DNA from: Thermoanaerobaculia bacterium
Lineage (GTDB): Bacteria > Acidobacteriota > Thermoanaerobaculia > Multivoradales > Multivoraceae
Direction: 5' to 3'
DNA length: 64,000 bases
NCBI GenBank assembly: GCA_963664405.1
Contig: OY761158.1
Location: forward strand, 1,056,001-1,120,000
Below the pieces are notes generated by a model. The model was given only the letters and a program-made list of their open reading frames with translations. It was not told the origin of the DNA and searched no databases. Shown here piece by piece: positions 48,895-57,590 of this stretch. The translations under genes were made by a program, and so were the position numbers. Numbering within the stretch: the first letter of the stretch is position 1; the number at the start of each line of letters is the position of its first letter.

Positions 48895-49533
48895 CTACCC
48901 GACGCCTTGCTCTTCGGCGGCCTTCTTCTGGGCTTCCTGGGCACGTTGAAAACCGGGCCGTGCTTTCATGCGCTCGAGATAGGCACTCGTCTGCGGTTTG
49001 TAGTGCTGTGCAACGTCGATACTCTCACCGAGAAACAATGCGTAGGCAACGGCAATATCCGCCACGGTGAACTTATCGGCAGCCAAGAACTCGTGATCCT
49101 GAACGCGAGCATTGACGAGCTTCAATCGCGACAAGTACCAGGTTTTGTAGTCTTCTGCGGCTTGCGGCACTCGTCGCTCTTCCGGTTCCAGTTGCGTGTA
49201 ACGCAGCACGATCGTCTGCGGGAATGTAAGCGTGGCGTCGCTGTGGAACAACCAATTGAGGTAAGTGGCGTATTCGGGATGATCGGGACGCAAACCGAAT
49301 TCGTACTTTTTGTATCTCTCAACCAGATACTGGCAGATGCCGGACGATTCGGTCATGTAGGCATCGCCATCGGTAAAGTAGGGCACGGTACCGATTGGGT
49401 TTAACTTGGTGTAGTCCTCGAACCGGAACCGGGGCGGGAACTGCATCATGACGAGTTCGTACTCGAGCTCCATCTCTTCGAGCGCCCAGAGCGCTCGGAG
49501 CGACCGTGCGTTATTGCAATGCCAGAGCTTCAT
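48895..49533 (-). CDS. Glutathione S-transferase family protein
   Basis: NPIGTVP, ESSGICQYL, FTVADI. Confidence 0.9.
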   Translation of the reverse strand: MKLWHCNNARSLRALWALEEMELEYELVMMQFPPRFRFEDYTKLNPIGTVPYFTDGDAYMTESSGICQYLVERYKKYEFGLRPDHPEYATYLNWLFHSDATLTFPQTIVLRYTQLEPEERRVPQAAEDYKTWYLSRLKLVNARVQDHEFLAADKFTVADIAVAYALFLGESIDVAQHYKPQTSAYLERMKARPGFQRAQEAQKKAAEEQGVG

Positions 49534-49683
49534 CGATCGGTTTCGTGAGGTGGTTTAGCCGGGCGACTATATAGCAGGCGTTCAGCGAGCCCCGTACTTT
49601 GCGAAGCTCCGCTTGAGTGTGTAGGAATAGAGAGTTCCAATCTGCTCGTAGCCGAGAACGGGGTCCACCTCTGCCGTCAAGCT

Positions 49684-50385
49684 TCAGGTTTGGCGAGTCG
49701 GGAACGCGATGGTGTTGGCCAACCCCACCTCTCGGTGTTGTTTGTTCGCCTGCTGCCACTCCTCGCTGCTCGTCATACTCCGCAGGGCCTCGATCGAGGG
49801 ATAGCGCACCAGGATGAAGTTCTGCCAGTCATCATCCGTGACCATCGCCTGCTCGGCATCCAGGTACAGCACCATTTTCCCACCGAGATCCTGGATCAGC
49901 TTTGAGGCTACCGCTCCGTATTCCATGTATTCGTCCCTACCGGACTGACCGTTGAATCGGAGTAGATTCACGACAAAGATCTCGTCGCTAGCTTTCTTGA
50001 CCACATCATCCAATGGCGTACCACGCGACCCCTCTTTGAAGGCAAACAGCAGTCGCTTGGACAGTCCGGCGGTTCGATCCGGTATCGCGTTTCTATAAGC
50101 CTCGCTGTTCTGCATGTCGAGATAAGCGGCACGGCGTGGATAGAAAACCAGCGCAACGTGATCCCAATCGCTGCCGGCGATCGACCGGCCGCCATAGATA
50201 ACCCGACCGCCGCGAGAGGCGATCTCCTTGCCGGCCACTGCCCCGTACTTCATGTAGCGTTCTCGACCTGCAGGTTCGCTGAACTTCAGCAAGTTGACCA
50301 TGATGATCGGACCGTCGTCGGGCAGCGCCGAGAGTTGAGCGATGCTCTCGTCGCTGGGGTTTACAGCAGAGGTTGGATTGGTCAT
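49684..50385 (-). CDS. Tandem DUF1330 protein
   Basis: Two repeats of VNLLxF...RxxYMxYGAVA...GG...W..LV.YP. Confidence 0.75.
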   Translation of the reverse strand: MTNPTSAVNPSDESIAQLSALPDDGPIIMVNLLKFSEPAGRERYMKYGAVAGKEIASRGGRVIYGGRSIAGSDWDHVALVFYPRRAAYLDMQNSEAYRNAIPDRTAGLSKRLLFAFKEGSRGTPLDDVVKKASDEIFVVNLLRFNGQSGRDEYMEYGAVASKLIQDLGGKMVLYLDAEQAMVTDDDWQNFILVRYPSIEALRSMTSSEEWQQANKQHREVGLANTIAFPTRQT

Positions 50386-50392
50386 CGTCTTG

Positions 50393-50805
50393 TCAATCGA
50401 TGATCGCCTGTCGAATCGCGTTCTCGAAGTCGACCTGCGTTCCGTTGTGGAACTGCTGAAGCATGATAACCGCCGTGAGCTCCTCGGCGGGGTCGGTCCA
50501 CGACATCGTTCCGTATGCGCCGAGCCATCCGAAGGCGCCCTTACTTCGGCTACTCTTGGCAGCCGCGGGTTCGCGCATGACCGCTATCGTATACCCGAAG
50601 CCCAGGCCGCCTTGCCGCGCCGGGCCACGACCGTGACCGCCCCCTGAATCTCCCCCGCTTCGATGCGCCGCTGCATTGCAGTACCGATGTGAAGCAGGCC
50701 CTCGCTGGACATGCCCACTTCTTCGGGTTTGGCGCTTGGAATCTCTCCCGCCCCCGCCATGGCGGAGACAGCTATCGCAACGGCGACAAACACGAAGCTC
50801 CTCAT
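50393..50805 (-). pseudogene. Beta-lactamase-like serine hydrolase with large internal deletion
   Basis: N-terminus PEEVGMSSE...GAVTVVARRGK joined out of frame to C-terminus GLGFG...GAFGWLGAYGT..WTDPAEEL; SxxK core missing. Confidence 0.8.
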
Positions 50806-50886
50806 GCCGCTGTGGAGTGTCAACATCCCAATTCCCCTCCTCTGGCGCGCTGCGAGTCTACGCGTCTCACACAATAGCTTTCCGCG

Positions 50887-52806
50887 TCAGCCCGCCTTCT
50901 TCCGTCTCCGGCCCGGGCGCCGTTCGCTCAGTTTACGATCGGCGTAGGCCGCCACTTCTACCAGCTGCTCGAGCGGTCCTTCGAATCGCGGATCCTGGCT
51001 ACTGCGCAGCACGATCTCCTTGGCAAACAGCAGGGCCAAGTAGCGTAGCTTGAGCGACGGGCGATCGGCGATCTCGCGATACTCGGGATGGCCGCTGTTG
51101 ACCTGCCAGCGCTCCTCGACGATGCGCGATCGCCAGGAGGCCGAGGGCTGATCGACGAGCTCGGGCTCGGGGATGCCCTCCGAGGAGCCGGCCGCCGGAA
51201 GCTGCTCCATTACCTCGACGGCTGCGGTCCCCCTGGCGGAATGATCGCCGAGGGCGGCCACCACCTCGAGCTCGCCCTCACCGGGTCGATCACCCGCCAC
51301 GAGTCGGCAGCGGCCGGCCTCTTGCTCGTCGCTCTCGACCCGACCCACCGGGCCGGAGAGCTGCCACTGGAAGCTCACGTCTTCCGTGATCTTGTGACGC
51401 GACGCGTCGTAGGCCCGTGCCCACACCTGCCGCTCGCCGCCGCACTCCACCCGGATCGAGCCCGGTGAGATGCGAAGCTCGGCCAGCGGACCGGGAGGGA
51501 AGAGGTCAGAGGCGTCAGCCAGGGGCTCCGACGGCGCCAGCGCGTCGGAATCAGCCTCGCCTCCCGCCGCCCCTTCGCCCGCGTCGGCGGCGCTTCCCGT
51601 CAGCCCGGTGCCCACCGGCCCTGGCCCCACGCCCGCACTCCGCTCGACCGGCAGCAGGGTATAGCGGGGGCGTTGCCGGTAAAAATCCTTGAAGGCGCGC
51701 TGCAAATCCTTGACCAGGGCCTGGTCGAGCTCCTCGGCGCGTCGCCGATCGAACTCGGCCAGAGCGGCGGTCACTTCGGGCTCGATCTCTTGGATGGCTC
51801 GAGCGAAGGCCGCCGAGCCCGAGTCGAGCAGCACACCTCGCCGGCTGCCCGGCGCGACGGCCAGCGCCGGAAAGTCGACCAGGCCGGTGAGTCGCGGGTC
51901 GGTCCAGGGAGCACGATCGAGGTTCATAGGCGCGAGGTCCTCGAAGCTTTCGCACACCCGGGTACCCGCTGCATAGACGGCGACGCCTCGCGCCTCGGCT
52001 ACGGGGTCTTGCCCGACCAGGTAGAGCTCGATTTGAAGCGGCGGTTGATCGCCCATGTCCCACCTTTCGGGTAGCTGAAGGCGCTCTCCCAGAAAACGCT
52101 TGGGGCGCACGTGGACAAGCTTGAGCGAGCGGCCGCGCGAGATGCGGTCACGCACCACGAGGTCTACTTCCCGGGCCAGAAGCTGGCCGCGCAGCTCGGA
52201 GGCCAGGTACTCAGAGGCCCTGCGAGCGCCGAGGGCGGGGAGCGCCTCGCGGTGAAGCCCGGCCACCACGACTTCGGTCCAGCGCTCGTCGAACGGGAGC
52301 CGGCCGCGTAGGGGCTCGACGACGTAGTCGGGGCGGTCACGAGTGAAGATCAGCCGATAAGCCTTCTGGCCCGGTAGGCAGCTGCGCAGCTCGAGGGTCT
52401 CGCCCAGGCTCCAGAAGCCAAGCAGACCAATGCCGTACTGGCCCTGGGTCATGAGCTCGAGGCGCTCCTGGGGTGTGAGCGACCGCTTGCGGCTGTGGCC
52501 GATGTGAGTGGCGATGTATTTGAGGGCCTCGGGCCGATCGAGCTCGGGGATCACGCCCTCTCCGTCGTCCCAGATACGTAGGCACGGCGTACCCTTGAGG
52601 CGGACGCGGGTGACCTCGACCCGGGTGGCACCTGCGTCGAGGCTGTTCTGGACCAGCTCGGCCATGGCCTTGCGCGAATCGGCCTGGCTCAGCGCGAGCC
52701 AGCGGATGAGCTCGAATGGGTCGTGGACCTTGAGGCGGCCCCTCTGCAGGAGGGGGGTCGACCCGCGTGGCTTAGCCTTCGATCGGCGGCCGGTTCCTGA
52801 CCTCAT
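50887..52806 (-). CDS. GHKL (HATPase) ATPase with Ig-like C-terminal region
   Basis: ELVQNSLDA, DDGEG, GQYGIG; start may be 52854 or 52806. Confidence 0.75.
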   Translation of the reverse strand: MRSGTGRRSKAKPRGSTPLLQRGRLKVHDPFELIRWLALSQADSRKAMAELVQNSLDAGATRVEVTRVRLKGTPCLRIWDDGEGVIPELDRPEALKYIATHIGHSRKRSLTPQERLELMTQGQYGIGLLGFWSLGETLELRSCLPGQKAYRLIFTRDRPDYVVEPLRGRLPFDERWTEVVVAGLHREALPALGARRASEYLASELRGQLLAREVDLVVRDRISRGRSLKLVHVRPKRFLGERLQLPERWDMGDQPPLQIELYLVGQDPVAEARGVAVYAAGTRVCESFEDLAPMNLDRAPWTDPRLTGLVDFPALAVAPGSRRGVLLDSGSAAFARAIQEIEPEVTAALAEFDRRRAEELDQALVKDLQRAFKDFYRQRPRYTLLPVERSAGVGPGPVGTGLTGSAADAGEGAAGGEADSDALAPSEPLADASDLFPPGPLAELRISPGSIRVECGGERQVWARAYDASRHKITEDVSFQWQLSGPVGRVESDEQEAGRCRLVAGDRPGEGELEVVAALGDHSARGTAAVEVMEQLPAAGSSEGIPEPELVDQPSASWRSRIVEERWQVNSGHPEYREIADRPSLKLRYLALLFAKEIVLRSSQDPRFEGPLEQLVEVAAYADRKLSERRPGRRRKKAG

Positions 52807-52908
52807 GGCGGCTCGTGAGTGGGCATCGGACGAGGCGACTCTAGCAGTCGACACTCGGTCTGTAGAGCCTCTCCGTGGTCTGCCCTAGGTGCAGCGCTTC
52901 AGTTGGGC

Positions 52909-53322
52909 TCAGCGGAGGATCTCGAAGGCAACACGGCCGCCGCTCCCGAAGCGAACCACGCTGAAGTCGGCGTCGAAGCTAGCCGCTCGCCGAATCCCCA
53001 GTCTCCGCATTACGGCGAAGCTGGTTCGATCGACGAGCGAGAAGTCCTGGTCGCGGAAGGCCTCGCCGATCGCCCACGCCGATTCCAGGTCCGCCGCACC
53101 CACAGGCTCGATCACTGCGACGCCCCGACGGAGTCCGTCCCAAAACCTCTCAGCCGCATGACGATGGATACGATGGCGGAGCAGGAGCCAAGTCTCGACG
53201 AGTATGTGATCAGAAGTGACGAGATCTTCGCCGGCACCGAGAATCTCAGTCGCCCTATGATGGCTGCGATCCCCGCGATCAGCAGCCGCATACCACGCGG
53301 AGCTGTCAACGAAGACGCTCAA
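52909..53322 (-). CDS. vapC: PIN-domain toxin (VapC family)
   Basis: FVDSSAW, ILVET, SLVDRTSF, SFDADF. Confidence 0.9.
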   Translation of the reverse strand: MSVFVDSSAWYAAADRGDRSHHRATEILGAGEDLVTSDHILVETWLLLRHRIHRHAAERFWDGLRRGVAVIEPVGAADLESAWAIGEAFRDQDFSLVDRTSFAVMRRLGIRRAASFDADFSVVRFGSGGRVAFEILR

Positions 53323-53567
53323 CCGCTCGAGCTCTCCGCGACCTGAGCCGCGGTGATCATTTCGTCCTTCTCGCGAGCAATGTCAGAGCCGCCGGAATCC
53401 CCGAGATCGAAAACCAGCGAAACGTCCGCGTCAGGCCCCTTACCGCCCAGATCACGGGCAACCAGCCGGCGGATGTACTCAGCCAAGGACAGGCCAAGCT
53501 CGCCGGCCCTACGCCGAGCCAGCTTCTGTTGTTCAGAATCCAGCGACACCTGCATTCGTACCATCAT
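53319..53567 (-). CDS. RHH antitoxin (VapB-like)
   Basis: RMQVSL..ARRRAGELGLSLAEYIRRLV; 4-bp overlap with the PIN gene. Confidence 0.8.
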   Translation of the reverse strand: MMVRMQVSLDSEQQKLARRRAGELGLSLAEYIRRLVARDLGGKGPDADVSLVFDLGDSGGSDIAREKDEMITAAQVAESSSG

Positions 53568-53587
53568 GATGGCAACATCATACCATC
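53559..53587. promoter_or_regulatory. Probable TA autoregulatory operator
   Basis: TACCATCATGATGGCAACATCATACCATC: palindrome CCATCATGATGG and repeated TACCATC over the antitoxin start. Confidence 0.5.
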
Positions 53588-53651
53588 GGTCTGATGAATC
53601 AGCTCTTTCTCGAAGCGAGCTCCTGCCGGGCGTTCTGGGAGATTGCCCGGC

Positions 53652-55343
53652 CTAGGAGCCAAGACCTTCAGCCTGCAGCGCCGCCACCGCGTCCGCCCTG
53701 ATCTTGCGCTTGAAGATCTTGCCGGAAGCGATGCGAGGGAGCGGAGCGGTCGTGATGTCGAGGTAGCGAGGAATCTCGAACCTAGCCAGACGGTCGAGAA
53801 GAAAAGTGCGCAGCTCTTCCTCGCCGACGTTGGAGTTGGTGTAGACAGTGGCACCAACCTCTTCGCCCAGCCGCTCGTCGGGCACGGCATAGACCGACGC
53901 CTCCAAGACGTCGGGGTGCTCGACCAAGGCAGCCTCGACCTGCCCGCAGCCGATGTTCTCGCCGCCGCGAATTACCAGGTCCTTGATGCGGTCGACGATG
54001 AACACGAACTCCTCGTCGTCGATGTAGGCCACATCCCCAGTGCGCAACCACCCATCTTCCGCAAAAGCCTCTGCGTCGGCGTCGGGACGGTTCCAATAGC
54101 CACGGATCACGGTCGTGCCGCGTATCTGCAGCTCGCCGCGCTCCCCCACCGGAACTTCGCTGCCATGCTCGTCAACGACGCGAATCTCCAGAATCGGAGC
54201 ACAGCGCCCGGAGCTGGCGGGCCGCTCGAGGTAGTCCGGGCCGCCGATGCCGGTGCCGATGGCGTTGGTCTCGGTCATGCCCCAGCCGGTTCCGGGCATC
54301 GCATTGGCGAACGACTTCTCGATCTCTCTGACCTGCTCCGGTGCGCGCGGGGCGCCACCGCCACCGACTCCCAAGAGCGAGCTCAGATCGCGCTTGGTCA
54401 CCTTCGCGGTCTGCACCAGATCGCCGGTCATCGCCGCCGGTGCGACGAACGAAGAGATCTGCTCGCGCTCGATGAGCTCTGCGCCGAGCTCCGGGTCCCA
54501 TTTGTACATACATACGATCTTGCGCTGACTTCGGTACGAGGCCAGGTAGACGGCATGGGACCCGGTGGCGTGAAAGAGGGGGACCGCGAGGAGGGTGGCA
54601 GCTTGATGCTCGAGCTCCGGAGGTTCCTGTTCAGTGACGAGGAGACCCACCTGCAAGCCCAGCTCCCAGCCCAAGAGTGCGCTGATGACGTTGCGGTGAC
54701 AACTCACCGCCCCCTTGGGATGGCCGGTCGAGCCCGAGGTGTAGACGATCATCGCATCGTCGACCGGCCCGAAATCGACCACCGGCATCGGCTGCGGTTC
54801 CCGATCGCCGAGCAGCGCAGCCAGATCAGGAATCCCAGGAGGCAGTGCCTCCAACGGACGTACCGCAATCACTTTCACGGACAGGGCGTCGGAGCACCCA
54901 GTGAGGCGATCCAAGCGCTCCTGGTCGGCAAAGAGCACCTTTGCGCCGCTGTCGATGAGCCCGTACTCCATCTCCTCGGACTGCCACAGAGCGTTCATCG
55001 CCACCGCGATGCCGCCGATCGAGGTCACCGCCATGAAGGCGAAGATCCACTCCGGAAAGTTGCGCATCGAGATCGCGACGCGGTCCCCTTTGACGATGCC
55101 GTAGTCGTTTACCAACAACCCACCAATACTGGAGGCGATCTGATACGTCTCCTCGAAGGTGTAGCGCTCGTTGTCATAGACCAGGAAGGTCTCATGGCTA
55201 CGATTCTCCTCGAAGAACTCGCGGAAGGTGGGAGGAGCGTTCTTGAAGGTGCGACACGGACGGCCGTAGAGCTCTTGCAATTCGAGCTCGAAGGGCTCGC
55301 CAGGAGCCGTCAACTGGGCGATCGCTTCAGATCTAGTCGGCAT
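53652..55343 (-). CDS. Long-chain fatty acid-CoA ligase-like AMP-binding enzyme
   Basis: YTSGSTGHPKG, GWGMTET, GWLRTGD, IRGGENI. Confidence 0.92.
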   Translation of the reverse strand: MPTRSEAIAQLTAPGEPFELELQELYGRPCRTFKNAPPTFREFFEENRSHETFLVYDNERYTFEETYQIASSIGGLLVNDYGIVKGDRVAISMRNFPEWIFAFMAVTSIGGIAVAMNALWQSEEMEYGLIDSGAKVLFADQERLDRLTGCSDALSVKVIAVRPLEALPPGIPDLAALLGDREPQPMPVVDFGPVDDAMIVYTSGSTGHPKGAVSCHRNVISALLGWELGLQVGLLVTEQEPPELEHQAATLLAVPLFHATGSHAVYLASYRSQRKIVCMYKWDPELGAELIEREQISSFVAPAAMTGDLVQTAKVTKRDLSSLLGVGGGGAPRAPEQVREIEKSFANAMPGTGWGMTETNAIGTGIGGPDYLERPASSGRCAPILEIRVVDEHGSEVPVGERGELQIRGTTVIRGYWNRPDADAEAFAEDGWLRTGDVAYIDDEEFVFIVDRIKDLVIRGGENIGCGQVEAALVEHPDVLEASVYAVPDERLGEEVGATVYTNSNVGEEELRTFLLDRLARFEIPRYLDITTAPLPRIASGKIFKRKIRADAVAALQAEGLGS

Positions 55344-55445
55344 GGCTCCTCATCTCGGTTCGGCGAAACTTACCAGATCGCTAACGAGCACCGCCACGAG
55401 TAAGATGCCGACTGCTGCGAGACTGCCGGCGAGCGTAACCCTCGA

Positions 55446-56663
55446 ATGAACACCTTCCCCCCCATCGAAGAGCAGATGGCTCTACTGCGGCGAGGCTCGG
55501 TCGACCTGGTCGACGAAGATCAGCTGCGTGCGAAACTGGTGCGTGCCGAAGAAACCGGCAAGCCACTGGTGGTGAAAACCGGTTTCGACCCCACCTCGCC
55601 GGACCTGCACCTCGGCCACACCGTTCTGCTGCGCAAGATGAGGCACTTTCAGGAGCTCGGACACCGGGTCATCTTCCTCATCGGCGACTTCACCGCCATG
55701 ATCGGTGACCCTTCGGGAAAGAAGGCGACTCGCCCTCAGCTCTCCGCCGAACAGATCGAAGCAAACTCGGAGACCTACAAGCGGCAGGCCTTTCACCTCC
55801 TCGACCCCGAGACCACCGAGGTCCTCTACAACGGCAGCTGGATGAAAGAGCTCGGCGCCGAAGGCATGATCCGCCTGGCGGGGCGCTACACCCTGGCGCG
55901 GATGCTGGAGAGAGACGACTTTCGTACCCGCCTGGAGAACAATCAGCCGATCGGCATTCACGAGCTGCTCTACCCCCTGACCCAGGGCTACGACTCGGTG
56001 GCACTCGAGGCCGATGTCGAGCTCGGCGGGCACGACCAGATCTTCAACCTGTTGGTCGGGCGTCAGCTGATGAAAGAGCACGGGCTCGAGCCGCAGGTGG
56101 TCTTGACCATTCCCCTCCTGGTGGGTACCGACGGTGTCGACAAGATGTCCAAGAGCCTCGGCAACGCCATCGCGGTCGAGGATCCACCGAAGGAGATCTA
56201 TGGCAAGACCATGTCGATCGCCGATGAGCTGATGTGGGACTGGTACGCGCATCTCTCCGAACTGCCCGAGGCCGAGATCGAGGCAAAGCAACGGGCCGTC
56301 GCCGCGGGCGATCTGCACCCGAAGCGGGTCAAGATGGATCTCGCCCGCCACCTGGTAACCGAGTTCCACGACTCGAGCAAGGCCCGCGCCGCAGAGGAAG
56401 AGTTCGAGACCGTCTTCCACTCCGGGGGCCAACCCGACGAGATCGATATTCACCAGGCGGAGGACGGCTCGGAGCTCGTAGATCTTCTGGTCGAGGCTGG
56501 CCTGACCGCAAGCAAGAACGAGGCGAGGCGCCTGGTGCAGCAGGGAGCGGTGTCGCTCGACGGCGACAGGATCGAGGACCCTTTCTTCCAGCCACCCAAG
56601 CAAGACGAGCCGCACCTGGTAAAGGTGGGCAAGAGGCGCTTCCTCAAAGTGAGGATTCAGTAG
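55446..56663 (+). CDS. tyrS: Tyrosine-tRNA ligase
   Basis: GFDPTSPDLHLGH, YPLTQGYD, KMSKS, S4 domain ending VGKRRF. Confidence 0.97.
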   Translation: MNTFPPIEEQMALLRRGSVDLVDEDQLRAKLVRAEETGKPLVVKTGFDPTSPDLHLGHTVLLRKMRHFQELGHRVIFLIGDFTAMIGDPSGKKATRPQLSAEQIEANSETYKRQAFHLLDPETTEVLYNGSWMKELGAEGMIRLAGRYTLARMLERDDFRTRLENNQPIGIHELLYPLTQGYDSVALEADVELGGHDQIFNLLVGRQLMKEHGLEPQVVLTIPLLVGTDGVDKMSKSLGNAIAVEDPPKEIYGKTMSIADELMWDWYAHLSELPEAEIEAKQRAVAAGDLHPKRVKMDLARHLVTEFHDSSKARAAEEEFETVFHSGGQPDEIDIHQAEDGSELVDLLVEAGLTASKNEARRLVQQGAVSLDGDRIEDPFFQPPKQDEPHLVKVGKRRFLKVRIQ

Positions 56664-56744
56664 CGTAAGCCTCACCTCAGCTTGCACCGGTGCTGAGCCG
56701 GAAGTAGGATCGGCCGACTTTCAATTCAGCTCTGGGAGGGTTCA

Positions 56745-57515
56745 ATGAACCTCGGCCGTTTTTGTCTTCTCGCCCTTGTCTGCGTCGCGTTTCTCTGTGC
56801 ACCGGTGGCCGCGGAGGCGCCCTACCACCATCTACATCTGACCGCCACCGACGCAGCCGAGGCCGCCGCCTGGTATGCCGAGCACATGGGGGGCGAGCTC
56901 GTGCGAGCCGGCCAGGGCGTCGACTACGACGGTGTGGCGGTGATCTTCTTCGTCAAGGAGGACTTCCCTGGCAGCGACGGCAGCTCGGTCGCCCACATCG
57001 GTTTTTCCTTCCAGGATCTGGCGGCGAAGATGAGCAGCTACGAGACCGCTGGGGTCAAGATCCTGAGCGAGGTCCGCGACGTGCAGGGGAAATTCAAGTT
57101 CGCCTTCGTCGAGGATCCGTGGGGTACGAAGATCGAGGTCATGGAGGATCCCAACCAGGTCGGCTTTCACCACATCCACCTCAAGAGCTCCGACCCTGAC
57201 GCGACTTTCGACTGGTACGAAGCGGCCTTCGGCGGGACTCGCGAGCGCTTCGCGGGAATGCTACCGGCGCTGCGCTACGGCAGTGTCTGGCTGCTGGTCC
57301 AGAACAGCCGCGGAGCCAAAGTGGCGGGTACCAAGGGTCGGGCCATCGACCACCTGGGTTGGAGCTTCCCCGACCTCGACGCCGCGGCCGTCGACCTCAA
57401 AGCGAAAGGTGTCAAGTTCACGATGGAGCCACGCCCCTTCCGCAACCTCAGGATCGCCTTCATCGAGGGCCCCGACGGCGTAAGCATCGAGCTCGTCCAG
57501 CCCGCTACCGAATAG
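56745..57515 (+). CDS. Secreted double-VOC (glyoxalase-like) protein
   Basis: HHLHL/HHIHL, FVEDPWG..IE and FIEGPDG..IEL. Confidence 0.85.
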   Translation: MNLGRFCLLALVCVAFLCAPVAAEAPYHHLHLTATDAAEAAAWYAEHMGGELVRAGQGVDYDGVAVIFFVKEDFPGSDGSSVAHIGFSFQDLAAKMSSYETAGVKILSEVRDVQGKFKFAFVEDPWGTKIEVMEDPNQVGFHHIHLKSSDPDATFDWYEAAFGGTRERFAGMLPALRYGSVWLLVQNSRGAKVAGTKGRAIDHLGWSFPDLDAAAVDLKAKGVKFTMEPRPFRNLRIAFIEGPDGVSIELVQPATE

Positions 57516-57590
57516 TGCACGCGGCCACAAATACGGCCACGTTTGGAACGCCGCTGCATCCTCTCCAGCGGCGTTGCGCTCCCTGCGACG
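57512..57590 (-). mobile_element. Half copy (D) of the hairpin element
   Basis: 72/79 identical to the reverse complement of the right half of copy C (2992-3070). Confidence 0.85.

Noticed and set aside
53643-55403. 586-aa plus-strand ORF
   Set aside because: Antisense shadow of the CoA ligase; no motifs; expected in high-GC DNA
55344-55445. T-box riboswitch before tyrS
   Set aside because: The intergenic region is only about 100 bp, with no T-box consensus or terminator
55482-56687. 401-aa minus-strand ORF
   Set aside because: Antisense shadow of tyrS
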